Shown: positions 10,195 through 21,357 of the stretch, one piece after another
Position numbering within the stretch: position 1 is the first letter of the stretch
How the letters are laid out: each line of letters opens with the position of its first letter
DNA from: Trypanosoma brucei
Taxonomy: Eukaryota
Assembly (NCBI GenBank): GCA_000002445.1
Contig: CP000070.1
Coordinates: 1,344,001 to 1,408,000 of the forward strand
Direction of reading: 5' to 3'
DNA: 64,000 nt
Translations under genes and position numbers: made by a program
The notes under the pieces: model-generated
Seen by the model: the letters and a program-made list of their open reading frames with translations, nothing else
Database searches by the model: none
What the model was told of the DNA's origin: nothing

Positions 10195-11607
10195 ATGGGC
10201 TCCACGGAGGATGTCCCGCCGGTTGCTCATTCGGATGTCATCAATCAAGCGTGCGCAGTTGAGAAGTCGGTGGAGAAACCTCCAAAAGGTGGAGAGGCTT
10301 GGAGCATTGATTTCACGTTGCCGAAGATGAAACGCAAAACCACCAGAAAGGAGCGGGAGGCTATTTTATGCAGCAAAATACGGGGCCAGCTGCAAACACT
10401 GTCGACTTCAAGTTTCTCGAATATTGGGGACTCCCAGCAGGTATTTTGCTCTGGTAACAACACCGACAGCGAAGGTAATCGTCATCTGCAAATTGTCGAT
10501 GTTGACGGTATGGCTGATCCCTCAACTTTGATTCCGAAGAATCTTCCTACCACGCGTGAGGATCTGGAGAAACGAGTATGCCTGCGCATCCCGAGGTTGT
10601 TGGCTGTAGCTAAGCAGTACCCGAAAAGCTGCGGTATCACTTCACTAACCTCCGTGTGGAATTATCTTTATACCCGCATCGGTGAAAACCCAATGGGTGC
10701 TGACCGGCCTCCTGTTTCTCAAGAGGAGGTAATGTCCATTATTGGTTTTTCGCCGCCATTTGATGCCATATCGTGGGGGCCGTTCACGGGGAACGGCACA
10801 CTTATCCGATGGTTCCACGCTCTTAACCGGCACTTTGCAGTGAAGGGACGTGCGTATGTGCTTTATAAACCACAGGGGGTTTCCCGCACTGCCTGTACGG
10901 CTGAAGAAGCGCTGCGGCAACTGAAGGACGTTTTACAGAATCCCCAAGCAGCTGTGATATATCATTGCCATAATCATTATATGGTGCCGATCGGGTACCA
11001 GGAGATACCCCACGCGCAGGCAGATTGCTATGCACCGAATGTGCCTGAGAGTAGTTGCGACACAACCGTATTCATCGGTGATGTGAGTCGGGGGCGGCAT
11101 GAGGCAATGTACGCCCGGAAGTGGAGCGATATTGTCAAGGATCTTATGACACAATCACCGGAGTTTTACAATATCCGCCGCCCAGAGTTGGGAATACAAA
11201 CACGTGTTCCCAAAAAGAAAGGGTGTGACACGGACCGTGATCATGAGTCGGAGGGAAATAGAGGGCAACCGTTAGGTCAAAAAAGAGCCGTTATTTCTGT
11301 TGAACAGCCCACTGAAACGGTTCCGCCGCGGGATGCAGAAGCTGTTCTTTCACCAACTAGTGACCCCGACGCTAAAGCCACTGTGGGACGAGCAGGGCCG
11401 CCGCCAAAGCGGAAGGCGAAAAAGGCGGGTGGGGGAAACTTACATTGCCTTATTTGTTTTCGTTGTGACCAGGTGGAGGAGCGACCGGAGCGGTTCGAAA
11501 CGTCTTCTAGTGACCGTGACAGTGAAGGCAGCTCTTCATCCAGCAGTACGGGTGTTGATGAACCTGCAGCTGATGGCGGTAAGAACAGCACTGGAGGGAT
11601 TGTATAA
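10195..11607 (+). CDS. Hypothetical protein, 470 aa, with a possible papain-like (C39-like) Cys...His core and an acidic/Ser-rich tail
   Basis: ATG ORF. KSCGITSLTSVWNYLY resembles a papain-superfamily nucleophile context (CGxxSL). A downstream IYHCHNHYMVPIGYQ resembles a His-containing strand (HfvVl). This is weak pattern recognition only. Confidence 0.5.
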   Translation: MGSTEDVPPVAHSDVINQACAVEKSVEKPPKGGEAWSIDFTLPKMKRKTTRKEREAILCSKIRGQLQTLSTSSFSNIGDSQQVFCSGNNTDSEGNRHLQIVDVDGMADPSTLIPKNLPTTREDLEKRVCLRIPRLLAVAKQYPKSCGITSLTSVWNYLYTRIGENPMGADRPPVSQEEVMSIIGFSPPFDAISWGPFTGNGTLIRWFHALNRHFAVKGRAYVLYKPQGVSRTACTAEEALRQLKDVLQNPQAAVIYHCHNHYMVPIGYQEIPHAQADCYAPNVPESSCDTTVFIGDVSRGRHEAMYARKWSDIVKDLMTQSPEFYNIRRPELGIQTRVPKKKGCDTDRDHESEGNRGQPLGQKRAVISVEQPTETVPPRDAEAVLSPTSDPDAKATVGRAGPPPKRKAKKAGGGNLHCLICFRCDQVEERPERFETSSSDRDSEGSSSSSSTGVDEPAADGGKNSTGGIV

Positions 11608-12179
11608 GGTACAATAGCTTTACACTTTAATTTGAGCGTTTGAAAGACCTCCCAGTTAGTGTGTACACGCATGTATGGCAGCCCCTGGTGCAGCACCACG
11701 GCTGTTTTAATGAATTTTGCCTCGCAAGGATGAGAAACAGTTTTATTATAGTAATATATATATATATTTTGGAGGGGGATACGGTGATATGGAACAAACA
11801 TTAGACTGACTTTTTTCGTTCGTTATGAGATGAATCATTTCACCACCTGTGTATGCTCTACCTTCCGCTTGTTTTGTGTATTGTGTCTCCACTTTACTTT
11901 AGCCGGGTAATTTATTGTTACTCTTCTTCCGTTCACGGTGTATCTCCTCTGCGTATTGTATCAGGTACGAATTATACAGAAACCAAGTAACCACAGAGGG
12001 TTGAGGCAAAGTGTTTACGCCACAGACCGTTTCCTCCGCCGTCTGAAAGGCAGTGCGCAGCGTTGTGCGCTGACGTGTCGATAATCAAGAACGTAACGTA
12101 TATATATATATATACCAATAATACAGATACAGCCAGATACATATAGGTGACTCTGAAGGTCGATATTTATTCGTATCAT

Positions 12180-15100
12180 ATGCCGGCAAAAAGCCGGAGA
12201 CGGGGTTGTTCTTTGGACCTCTCCAGCGGGAATACTCTGAATGCTGGAGCGCCAAAAGGAGCTGTAGGCGGAGTGTCTAGGGCTGCTGAAGATGAACTCA
12301 GCCGTAGTGTTGCGTCCCCCGCAGACGCCGTCGAACTGCTGTCGAGGATGCAGGATCGTACGAAGGAGATTCAGAGAGCTGAGAAGGATGCGGACGCTCG
12401 TGAGAACCTCGTGAAAACTCGGTACGCTGGAGGTGCTTCAGCTACAGGGGGTACCACCGTGCCTTTTGATAAAAATGCGTTACTAACTGACATGATTGCT
12501 GAAGCACGTTACAATTTCCTTAAGCTTGATCAGAATCTCTCGGAGGATTACAACATAGCAACACGCCGTTTACACGCCGCTGTCTTTGGACACACTTCCG
12601 ACTTTCTGCAACTCTTTCGTGATGTGAACCGCGCAAGCTCGCTGGTAGAGTCCCTGAAGAGCAGCGTTCAGGGAACGAAGGCTGTCATATCGACTATAAG
12701 TAAATCTGCCACATGCGGTAGGAAAGGTGGTGTAGTCGAAGAGGGGACCGATGCTTGCACCTCATCAGCATTGGGTTTCTCGATGTTCAGTAGCGGCTTG
12801 GGCTGTAGCAGTGGTTCCAATGACGACTCCGGCAATCGTGTTATCAAACCACGGACTCGACCGAGTCTCATTGCCACGAACTTAGCGCGCCGGCAGCCCC
12901 GAAGGGGCCTTGCTGGTGCTTTTGCAGCTCAACCAAGCAAAGACACCGGCACCCCTGGGAGTGGTGCTGGTTATAGCAATAGTACTGGCGGTAATGCTGA
13001 CGGTAGGGGGTGGAGTCGAAGTGGGGGATGTCTTCTTGTGACCACACGCTCCCTCAACACTACGTCGGTGAGTTTATGGCAGACAATGATTTTGTCTGGC
13101 GGTGAATCAGCCGTCGGAGACTCAGCGTTAGGTTATCACCATCGATGGGCTGCGCAGCGAGGCATTGGAGAAGAATCGGATGATAAGGTTGAGAAGGCTA
13201 AGTCTCAGGATATTGCTGTGTTTGTGGATGTGCTGAGGCAGGAAGTGATGCAATCGATTGCAGAGCGACGGTATATGGAAACAGCGGAGCTGTTACGCAG
13301 TTCAGAGGCAGAGGCTGACGCGAAAGGGTGCTTATCTCTTGTACTAGAACTGGAGGAGTTACTTGTGCATTCAATTCGGATGCACGTGCAAACCCTTGTC
13401 ATGCCACTGATGTATAGTGAAAGCCTGCACATACCACTAATTCAACTTCTTCTAAGATTTGGCCGTGTACAATGTGGATCGCAGCTGTTCTTCCATCTAC
13501 ACGCCGTATGGCTTGATGCTGAGATGGAGAAACTCCAGCTTCGTCTCGATTCGTACAAGGGGACACTCATCGCGAGTGATTTTCTTGTGTGTGCCATACT
13601 AGAAGTATTAGAGAGACAGAAGAACCTGTGGCGCACTGACCCCTCTATCGGCACTGCTGCTTGTCCTGCTAACGATAGCAATGAAGATGATAGCGGACTC
13701 GATTCTTCTCCAAAGGCGGGTAACACGAAGCTGGAAAGGACGGGATCACCGGGAAAAGTAACTGCTACTGACCATAATAATGGCTGCACCAAATCGGAAC
13801 CTGTGGTGACACCAAGGATGCCCCCGAGTTCTACTGCGGTGCTGTGGGTGCATGACCGTTTGGATAAATTTGCGTGTGAGGTACTACAACCACGCGCCTT
13901 GAGCCACGGGACGGGGGCTGAAGGTGGTGATCCCTCGCGGTTCCGGCGAGCTGTTGTTATGGCAGCTGATGCCATTCGGACCGTGCGCCGCCTCGACCGA
14001 TTCGGGTTTGCAGGCTGTGACACGCGGTTACTTGTTCTTCTCACCCCCAGTCTCATGTACTTGCAGACGGACTTCAGTCGCTGCACGAACAGCCGTCTGG
14101 CGACAACCGGTAGGGCTATGATTGAGCACTTGATACACGACGTGCGGCACATATATCTCACAAAAGGGAAAGGTTATAGTGTTAAGATGTGTGGTGAGGT
14201 TGCACGCCGGAACAACAGCGTTTGCCGAGAACTTCAACAACGACTCAAGATATTACCACGTTCTTCCTATGCACTGCTTGCTGAACTTTTGCTTGCCCCA
14301 GCTTCCTCAAGGTTATTCATGCCTCAGAATACAGGCAGCTGTGCGACACGCCCGGGCGAGTCTTCCGCGGGCCCGGTGCTCGTACCCGAGCAATACAGTT
14401 TTCTCCGCTATTCCAACGGCTGCACGCGCGTACACGGACTTCTTCTAACGTCAGTGTTACGTTTCGTAGCGGCCATGACGGGCTATGATGTGCTACCGCT
14501 AGAACTCGCTAAACAACAACAGCAAGAAGCTTTGGAGCAACTCGCAAACCAGGCGGAGTGTGCGTCCTTTCTCCTCTCCAACTCACTGGTGATTGAGTCA
14601 CTTGACGTAACACTGCATCGTTTGTTTTTATCACTTATGCATACCACAATACGGCAGCGTCAGAGCCTCGTGGGATTTATGCTTTCTGGAGAGTTCAGTG
14701 AAATGCATCCGAAATTTTTTGACTGTGGTTCTCGGTCGTCGTCGTCAACTTATACTTTAGTGGGCAATCCGTGGGCACTAAGTGCGATGCAGCTGATGCT
14801 CGCTGATGTGTTGAGCACGTCCGTATGGATCGCATACCTTTCTCGTGGTGGGGCGTTGTCGCAGTTACTGCTTTTGCAGAGTGCTCAGGCGTTCCGCGTG
14901 CAGTATGTGGAAGAATTGCGTCGTGCTCTGCCGCGTATTGTGCAGGGTTGGATGGCGGCAACATTGAGCCTTGGGTATCGCCTTGACTCTGCGCGAGATT
15001 TGCTTCCTTGCGATGCCTTAGTTTTCCCTGTTACGGAGGCCGGCACTTCGACTGCACCGATGACGATGGCACCGGACAACCGCATGGTGGATGCAAGCGA

Positions 15101-16544
15101 TCCCCGCGACGCGGTCGTGCGGCTGCTCGAGATATCGGCCGTCAACGAGTCGCGGCTCGCTCCCTTTTTGCTGTCGCTTGTGCAAAACTCGTTCACCTCG
15201 GGCTCCAGTACTGCGGAGGAAGCGGTATTGCTGTGTGCCCCGTTGCCGATGCCTACGTCACCGCTTTGGTGCTTACGAAGTAGGATTGGTAACTATCCGA
15301 AGTTCCCCATAGGACGCAAATTTAACCACGACGACGAGCTGTTTTTGTTTCACTTGTTTGTGCAAATAATGTTGAACGTTTTGGCTTACTTCCAGGAGCA
15401 TTTGCTTGTTCCCAGCTATGTTGTGAATGAAAGATGGGCTTCTGCGCGACCCAATTCACCTTCTGATGGTGATACTAGCCCTCAGTCTCCAGGGTACACG
15501 TCAAAACGATGCCCTTCGCGAGGTTGTGTGTCCCCTCAAACGGAGTCTGTCGTAGCCATTTTATCGGCTGGTGGTGGGAATTATGTTGGTGCCGTTGCTC
15601 TCTTGCAGTTCATTATATATCGCCTGCTTCGGGATGTGTTGTGTCGGCCGCAGACGTGGAATGTGGTGTACGGCCTTCCCCCAGAAGCCAGCCGCTGGGC
15701 CGAAAATATGGTTCGGCAGCAAGTGTTCTTTTTTGCATTGTTCGTGCGGTTCTGGTCGCCTCTCTTCGTTGGAGGTGTGAACTTTCCGGTGGCGGCCGGC
15801 CGCCCCCCGGGATCGGGGAGTGATGAGAATGCAGATGGCATTTCGTCTATGCTTATCCTTCAGTGGCTAACGTGTACTGGAGGTTGTCAAGGAAAGCAGC
15901 AACATGGTAAAGGACCTTATGCTTTTGACATCGAGGCTTTGGCCTTCCCGCCTAACACCGTGGAATCAAGGGAAAGGGTGTATATACGCGAAACTAACTT
16001 AGGTGGGGTGTCCGGCGCTGCAACACCACCTGATGATCAACAGTCGGAGGGGGCAGGGCAGAAGGAAGGTAGCAGAAAATCCGCGGAGGATTCCACGGCC
16101 GGCAGTGATTTTAGTCCCCCCTGCACCCCTAATGAAGGCAAAAATGATTTAAGTATGCTCATGCTGGGGTTGATTGGCTCTTTCTTTGATTCTCAAGGGG
16201 AGTCACGGGCCATGCCGGCCATAAACTCGGACCTCACAAGGAATCGAGTGGAGAAGCTGATGTCTTCATTGAATTTGTTGAGTGTTGTTAATAAGGAGGT
16301 GTTGGCTGAGAAGGGTGGTGCGGAGGGAAAGGACAGCGATGATGATGATGAAGATAGGGAGGAATCTCCATGTGGCACAAGGGAAGAACCGGTCGGTCCC
16401 ATTAGCAAAAAAGAAGACTCAGCGAAGGAACAAACTTTTAAGGAGCCGCTACACTCGCGAACAGGAGGTGACACCAGTAAAGGAGGTGTGACACTGTTTC
16501 ACGTGTACAATATGTTGCTACACTACCTTGCGCCGCTAACATGA
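12180..16544 (+). CDS. Large hypothetical protein (~1454 aa), probably kinetoplastid-specific
   Basis: Uninterrupted 4.4-kb ORF on the transcribed strand. First ATG at 12180 (the ORF track start at 12147 is GTG). No confident domain. The N-terminal helical region (LSEDYNIATRRLHAAVFGHTSDFLQLFRDVNRASSLVESLKSSVQGTKAVI) is vaguely like N-termini of tethering-complex subunits. Confidence 0.55.
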   Translation: MPAKSRRRGCSLDLSSGNTLNAGAPKGAVGGVSRAAEDELSRSVASPADAVELLSRMQDRTKEIQRAEKDADARENLVKTRYAGGASATGGTTVPFDKNALLTDMIAEARYNFLKLDQNLSEDYNIATRRLHAAVFGHTSDFLQLFRDVNRASSLVESLKSSVQGTKAVISTISKSATCGRKGGVVEEGTDACTSSALGFSMFSSGLGCSSGSNDDSGNRVIKPRTRPSLIATNLARRQPRRGLAGAFAAQPSKDTGTPGSGAGYSNSTGGNADGRGWSRSGGCLLVTTRSLNTTSVSLWQTMILSGGESAVGDSALGYHHRWAAQRGIGEESDDKVEKAKSQDIAVFVDVLRQEVMQSIAERRYMETAELLRSSEAEADAKGCLSLVLELEELLVHSIRMHVQTLVMPLMYSESLHIPLIQLLLRFGRVQCGSQLFFHLHAVWLDAEMEKLQLRLDSYKGTLIASDFLVCAILEVLERQKNLWRTDPSIGTAACPANDSNEDDSGLDSSPKAGNTKLERTGSPGKVTATDHNNGCTKSEPVVTPRMPPSSTAVLWVHDRLDKFACEVLQPRALSHGTGAEGGDPSRFRRAVVMAADAIRTVRRLDRFGFAGCDTRLLVLLTPSLMYLQTDFSRCTNSRLATTGRAMIEHLIHDVRHIYLTKGKGYSVKMCGEVARRNNSVCRELQQRLKILPRSSYALLAELLLAPASSRLFMPQNTGSCATRPGESSAGPVLVPEQYSFLRYSNGCTRVHGLLLTSVLRFVAAMTGYDVLPLELAKQQQQEALEQLANQAECASFLLSNSLVIESLDVTLHRLFLSLMHTTIRQRQSLVGFMLSGEFSEMHPKFFDCGSRSSSSTYTLVGNPWALSAMQLMLADVLSTSVWIAYLSRGGALSQLLLLQSAQAFRVQYVEELRRALPRIVQGWMAATLSLGYRLDSARDLLPCDALVFPVTEAGTSTAPMTMAPDNRMVDASDPRDAVVRLLEISAVNESRLAPFLLSLVQNSFTSGSSTAEEAVLLCAPLPMPTSPLWCLRSRIGNYPKFPIGRKFNHDDELFLFHLFVQIMLNVLAYFQEHLLVPSYVVNERWASARPNSPSDGDTSPQSPGYTSKRCPSRGCVSPQTESVVAILSAGGGNYVGAVALLQFIIYRLLRDVLCRPQTWNVVYGLPPEASRWAENMVRQQVFFFALFVRFWSPLFVGGVNFPVAAGRPPGSGSDENADGISSMLILQWLTCTGGCQGKQQHGKGPYAFDIEALAFPPNTVESRERVYIRETNLGGVSGAATPPDDQQSEGAGQKEGSRKSAEDSTAGSDFSPPCTPNEGKNDLSMLMLGLIGSFFDSQGESRAMPAINSDLTRNRVEKLMSSLNLLSVVNKEVLAEKGGAEGKDSDDDDEDREESPCGTREEPVGPISKKEDSAKEQTFKEPLHSRTGGDTSKGGVTLFHVYNMLLHYLAPLT

Positions 16545-17422
16545 CCGGAAAGAGAATAGAAGGGTTCTGACGGGGTACTGAAAAATACCATACAGGGGAA
16601 TGCCATACGCAGATATTTCCGTTGCGCTGTTGACAATTCTTTTGACAAGTACCCCTGCAGTGGGGACAAGAGATGAAATGCTTTTGGCGGCCGATGAGAC
16701 CGTACCCGTCGTGGTGCAGTGGTGAAGTGGATGGATGGGAAAATAACAAATTGCCATAAGTTGCTGTTGCTTATCCACTTTGTTTTTTTGTTAAAGTCGC
16801 GCGTCTGCGAGTTCGTGGCCGTTTCGTATTTGATGCTTCTGAAATGATGTCGTGGTTGACGCACCGAGTTCGTACCTTCTTTTCCTCTTTCTGTCTTCAC
16901 CGGTTGTCTCTTTTCGTTTTTCCGCCTCCGGTGCCGTTCTTCACTCACTAGAACATCGCCATAGTTTTTAATTTTGTCGTCACTGCTTTTAATAATACTA
17001 TTGTTTCCTCCTTTTTGGAAAAGACGGAAGCCGATCGTCAGCCGGCGTGTGACGTTGAGGAGGTGAGGCGCATGGATATTGTAATGTGAGAGGAATGCCG
17101 CAGTTGCTGAAAGAAGGGGGGGGGAGAAGCCTTTACGTGGTGGAAAGTTTCACTTTGTTGCTGTCATGTTCATGCATATATATATATATATATGTACTGT
17201 GTGTATACATATGTGTGCCGTGTACGCCGTTGTATGTGTTTTGCTTTATCTTTTTGTTTTGCCTTATTGTCACACTTCGTTACCCCCGTGCGTTTTCCCA
17301 AGATAAGCGAGGGAATAAGGGGATTATTCCCGAAGGAGAGCGAAGCGACACACTTTAGAAAAATAGAATTACTGTTTCCAACTTACAAACAAAGTCATCA
17401 TTAGATATAAAAGTTTGTCCCG

Positions 17423-18286
17423 ATGAAGAACGCCCGCAGAGTGTCACTTTCACCGTTGATTTTGCGGTCACTCGCTGAACTTCAGGACGGCCTCAACACC
17501 GTAGTTGACAAGAATTGGAGGCAGTTGCGGCGACCGGGTGACTGGTCACTGGCTATTACTATGGAAGCTGCGGAATTACTCGACTCTTATCCGTGGAAGT
17601 GGTGGAAGAATGTGAAGGCACAACCAGACCTACAAAATGTGAAGATTGAGCTCACGGACATTCTGCATTTTTCCTTGTCGGGTGCCATGCAGGTGAGTGA
17701 CGAAAACTCGGGGGCGGTCCACAAAGCCGAGGCAGGCTCGAATGGAGAATCAGGGAAGCATTGGTGCTACTTTGACCAACCTCGTGCGCTGCCCGCAGCA
17801 GGGGGAGCAGAATATGTGGCATGCGTCGAAACCCCAGGTTCCTCTCTTTCAGCGCCCGTGTCTGCTGACGAGTGTGACCTGGCGGACTTTATGTTCTTCC
17901 CCCTCTCTGATACAAATAACGCACTAGCAAGTTTTCAGAACATTATTCGACTAGCCAGCCTTCAACGATTCCAACTCGTGACATCAGCCGTTATCGCAGC
18001 TGCGGACGATATTGGTTTCAACCTCGTTGCCTATTATGTGGCGAAACATACACTCAACGGTATCCGTCAGATGAAGGGCTACAAAGATGGCACGTACGTA
18101 AAGGTGCAAAAAGGCGTGGAGGACAATGAGCTACTCCATGGGTGCATATCTCCGTTTTCCCTTGACGACGTGACTAACGAAGGGAATTACAAAACAAAAT
18201 GGGATGACATCATGCACCGCGTTTATGATGCCTTTGGTACCCCGAAGGAGGAGCGGTTAAACATTGGGCACTGGCTAAAGTCGTAA
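17423..18286 (+). CDS. DUT: Deoxyuridine triphosphate nucleotidohydrolase, dimeric all-alpha type (dUTPase_2 family) characteristic of trypanosomatids
   Basis: 287 aa. [31 protein letters not shown]...[16 protein letters not shown] and [21 protein letters not shown]...[32 protein letters not shown] match the Leishmania/Trypanosoma dimeric dUTPase sequences closely (recalled from memory). Confidence 0.9.
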   Translation: MKNARRVSLSPLILRSLAELQDGLNTVVDKNWRQLRRPGDWSLAITMEAAELLDSYPWKWWKNVKAQPDLQNVKIELTDILHFSLSGAMQVSDENSGAVHKAEAGSNGESGKHWCYFDQPRALPAAGGAEYVACVETPGSSLSAPVSADECDLADFMFFPLSDTNNALASFQNIIRLASLQRFQLVTSAVIAAADDIGFNLVAYYVAKHTLNGIRQMKGYKDGTYVKVQKGVEDNELLHGCISPFSLDDVTNEGNYKTKWDDIMHRVYDAFGTPKEERLNIGHWLKS

Positions 18287-18857
18287 GCGCTTCCCGTAGA
18301 GAAACCATGATTGAGCTACCGAGTCACCCCATTATTGTTAAAAGTATAGACGGATGTAACGTGGCGTAACAAATCACTAAGTGTGAGGGGATTGATAACA
18401 ATGGTGGTGATAGTAAATAGACGTGAGATACGGAATATTAGGTGCGTTGTTTTCCACACACGCGCTGGGGTCTTCGAAAAGAGTTGAATAACGACCATCA
18501 CTACCGGTGCTTTCGCCCATTGTGAGCACGGGTGTGGGTTGCCGCGGGAGATTTGGCGAAGTTCATTCAGCTTATTTGTAGTGAGGGGTCTACCCACATC
18601 GCATACTTGAGCAAGGCTTGAAAAGGAGGAGGAGGCAAAAGGAGACGAAGTGGTCGTTCTGACCGAATACTAAGGTGGCTGTACTACCTCCAACTATCAC
18701 CGCACATGGGGCAAATGATCTATCGCAAACAAAAACTGTGTGTGACACACGCACCAGTTGACGGGCTTCTGAATTTGTCGCATCTTTCTCTTTACTTCGT
18801 CTCTGCTACACTGTCCTCTTCTACCCTCTTTACCAATTTTAAATTTGTACGAGGAAA

Positions 18858-18875
18858 TTTTTTTTTTTTTGGGGG
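18858..18875 (+). promoter_or_regulatory. T13 G5 homopolymer tract upstream of RPL23a copy 1: candidate polypyrimidine tract for trans-splicing/polyadenylation coupling
   Basis: tttttttttttttggggg lies ~70 nt upstream of ATG 18946, with an AG dinucleotide downstream. Confidence 0.4.
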
Positions 18876-18938
18876 TGCCGGCTTACCCAAGGTGTGGGGA
18901 GTAAAGAAAAGGGACAGCAGATCGTAGAAAATAAAGGA

Positions 18939-19590
18939 GCGAACGATGCCCGCTAAAGCTGCTTCTGCTGCTGCTTCGAAGAAGAACAGTGCGCCCAAGA
19001 GCGCTGTTTCGAAAAAGGTGGCCAAGAAGGGTGCGCCTGCTGCTGCTGCGAAACCCACGAAAGTGGTGAAGGTAACGAAACGCAAGGCATACACCCGTCC
19101 GCAGTTTCGCCGCCCGCACACGTACCGCAGGCCCGCGACCGTGAAACCCAGCAGCAACGTAAGTGCCATTAAGAATAAGTGGGACGCGTTCCGGATCATC
19201 CGCTACCCCCTCACCACTGACAAGGCGATGAAGAAGATTGAGGAGAACAACACCCTAACCTTCATTGTGGATTCTCGTGCTAACAAGACTGAGATCAAGA
19301 AGGCGATCCGCAAATTGTATCAGGTTAAGACGGTGAAGGTGAACACACTCATTCGACCTGACGGCTTGAAGAAGGCCTATATTCGCCTGTCTGCGTCATA
19401 CGATGCGCTCGACACGGCAAACAAGATGGGTCTTGTTTAGTGTGGTGGATCTGTAGGGGTTTCTTACTTCCTCAAGCAACTTTGTATGGTACTGTGTGGA
19501 TACGATTCCTTCAGTATTTTGCACCGTATGGTAGGAGAGGATGAAAGAGAAACAGCCACGAACTGTCGTGTATGTTTTTATTTGTTTTTT
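18939..19590 (+). repeat. Tandem duplication unit 1 (RPL23a CDS plus ~145 nt of 3' flank)
   Basis: Shares near-perfect identity with 20064..20718. Period 1125 bp. Identity starts only ~7 nt upstream of the ATG, so the 5' flanks differ. Confidence 0.9.
18946..19440 (+). CDS. RPL23A: 60S ribosomal protein L23a (uL23), copy 1
   Basis: 164 aa. Ala/Lys-rich N-terminal extension followed by the conserved uL23 core (KIEENNTLTFIVDSRANKTEIKKAIRKLYQVKTVKVNTLIRPDGLKKAYIRL). Confidence 0.95.
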   Translation: MPAKAASAAASKKNSAPKSAVSKKVAKKGAPAAAAKPTKVVKVTKRKAYTRPQFRRPHTYRRPATVKPSSNVSAIKNKWDAFRIIRYPLTTDKAMKKIEENNTLTFIVDSRANKTEIKKAIRKLYQVKTVKVNTLIRPDGLKKAYIRLSASYDALDTANKMGLV

Positions 19591-20063
19591 TATCCCACCT
19601 ACCAAAGTATAGCTGTGGGAAGGATGGGAGTGACAAAAGAAAGGTTGCGCCGGAGGTCGGAGTGCAGACTGCTCTTGGAAGTATGGCGAGGGTGAAGTTG
19701 CGGAGGGAATGTTAAACAATATAAGAAGGAAGTTTTAAACGGTTTTAAAATATGAGATGAAATATGCCGTTTGAGTCTCATTTCTGTCATCTTCGACCCA
19801 ATCCCTTTTTTCTTCGGATTACCACATTGTTGTTGGTTGGTAGTGTTGACACGGCTCCGTTGATTTCTCTTCCTTAAGTGCTTATCAACGTTTTAATATT
19901 GGATGATGATATCTTTTGCCCAAGGATCGGGGGTGCTTGTGTGGGGAGAGTGGGGTAGCCAGTTGCATCGCCTTCAGACGACTGTTATCATGATTTCATA
20001 TCCCTTTTTCCATTATTGGATTTCCCCACCTGTTTTCTGTAGGCTTCTTTCTCTAAGGTTGAC

Positions 20064-20718
20064 GCGAACGATGCCCGCTAAAGCTGCTTCTGCTGCTGCT
20101 TCGAAGAAGAACAGTGCGCCCAAGAGCGCTGTTTCGAAAAAGGTGGCCAAGAAGGGTGCGCCTGCTGCTGCTGCGAAACCCACGAAAGTGGTGAAGGTAA
20201 CGAAACGCAAGGCATACACCCGTCCGCAGTTTCGCCGCCCGCACACGTACCGCAGGCCCGCGACCGTGAAACCCAGCAGCAACGTAAGTGCCATTAAGAA
20301 TAAGTGGGACGCGTTCCGGATCATCCGCTACCCCCTCACCACTGACAAGGCGATGAAGAAGATTGAGGAGAACAACACCCTAACCTTCATTGTGGATTCT
20401 CGTGCTAACAAGACTGAGATCAAGAAGGCGATCCGCAAATTGTATCAGGTTAAGACGGTGAAGGTGAACACACTCATTCGACCTGACGGCTTGAAGAAGG
20501 CCTATATTCGCCTGTCTGCGTCATACGATGCGCTCGACACGGCAAACAAGATGGGTCTTGTTTAGTGTGGTGGATCTGTAGGGGTTTCTTACTTCCTCAA
20601 GCAACTTTGTATGGTACTGTGTGGATACGATTCCTTCAGTATTTTGCACCGTATGGTAGGAGGGGATGAAAGAGAAACAGCCACGAACTGTCGTTTATGT
20701 TTTTATTTGGTTTTTTTT
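20064..20718 (+). repeat. Tandem duplication unit 2 (RPL23a CDS plus ~145 nt of 3' flank)
   Basis: See unit 1. The 3' flank differs from unit 1 by only a few substitutions (e.g. gag/ggg, gtgtat/gtttat). Confidence 0.9.
20071..20565 (+). CDS. RPL23A: 60S ribosomal protein L23a (uL23), copy 2 (tandem duplicate, identical protein)
   Basis: Identical amino-acid sequence to copy 1 per the ORF track. The stretches I compared by eye are nucleotide-identical. The ORF track's longer ORF (19903..20565) is an upstream in-frame extension; the ATG at 20071 reproduces the copy-1 start context (gcgaacgATG). Confidence 0.95.
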   Translation: MPAKAASAAASKKNSAPKSAVSKKVAKKGAPAAAAKPTKVVKVTKRKAYTRPQFRRPHTYRRPATVKPSSNVSAIKNKWDAFRIIRYPLTTDKAMKKIEENNTLTFIVDSRANKTEIKKAIRKLYQVKTVKVNTLIRPDGLKKAYIRLSASYDALDTANKMGLV

Positions 20719-21357
20719 GAATTCTCATCTGAAAATAAAAATAAATAAAAGTTGTGTTTCAGCTGTCTGAGTGGGTACTGGGGCGGGGGTGAGGGAATGA
20801 GGTAATGCTTCTCCTCTCCTTCTTTTTCTTATTTCCGCTTCCATTTGTGCTCTTGAGATTGCTTGCCGGCGTGGTGTTCTATTCAAAATGCGTTTGCTTT
20901 ATTTCTTTTCTTTCTGGATTTTTTCGATGCGCGTATATATGTATCTGCACAGCGGCGAGGTTCCTTTAGAAGGTAATAGGGTATATAGCATTTTCTCTAA
21001 ACAGTGGGTGAGGTCGTTACCAGAAGGTTATAGTTGTCTACCATAATTATAGTTACTGTTATTATTATTGTTGTTGTTTTGTTTTTGTTTTTGTCATTTT
21101 TACTTCTGTTGGTTGGTTTTCTTTCCAATCAACTCAAGTTTTGGAAGTTGTTTCGAGTGGTTGTTTCCACTCTGGTGGCTTTCACTCATCGCTCAGGCAA
21201 GTTCCATCGTTTCCGTTGGGGCGGTCGTGTACGGAGGGAAAGCGGTAACGCGCTCACAGATTAAGGGCACGTTGATAGAAAGGAAGCATCTATAAAAGAA
21301 GCATACGGAAAATACATCCATAAATCAATTTATACATTTGCAACTGTTGTATCACTG

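Noticed and set aside
12147-12179. Non-ATG alternative starts listed in the ORF track for several genes (12147, 28350, 32240, 42182, 49832, 51494, 58736)
   Set aside because: These are GTG/TTG/CTG codons. I re-anchored those genes to the first in-frame ATG. Trypanosomatids use ATG initiation.
13442-14161. Long minus-strand ORFs embedded antisense in + strand genes (13442..14161, 23118..23876, 23949..24596, 33301..33813, 56953..57444 and many shorter ones)
   Set aside because: All are fully contained within much longer + strand ORFs that have recognisable domains or consistent coding character. GC-rich coding DNA commonly yields long antisense ORFs. Unidirectional polycistronic transcription argues against them.
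19903-20070. Upstream in-frame extension of RPL23a copy 2 (ORF track 19903..20565)
   Set aside because: Copy 1 shows the conserved start context (gcgaacgATG) and a 164-aa product. The extension is unique intergenic sequence.
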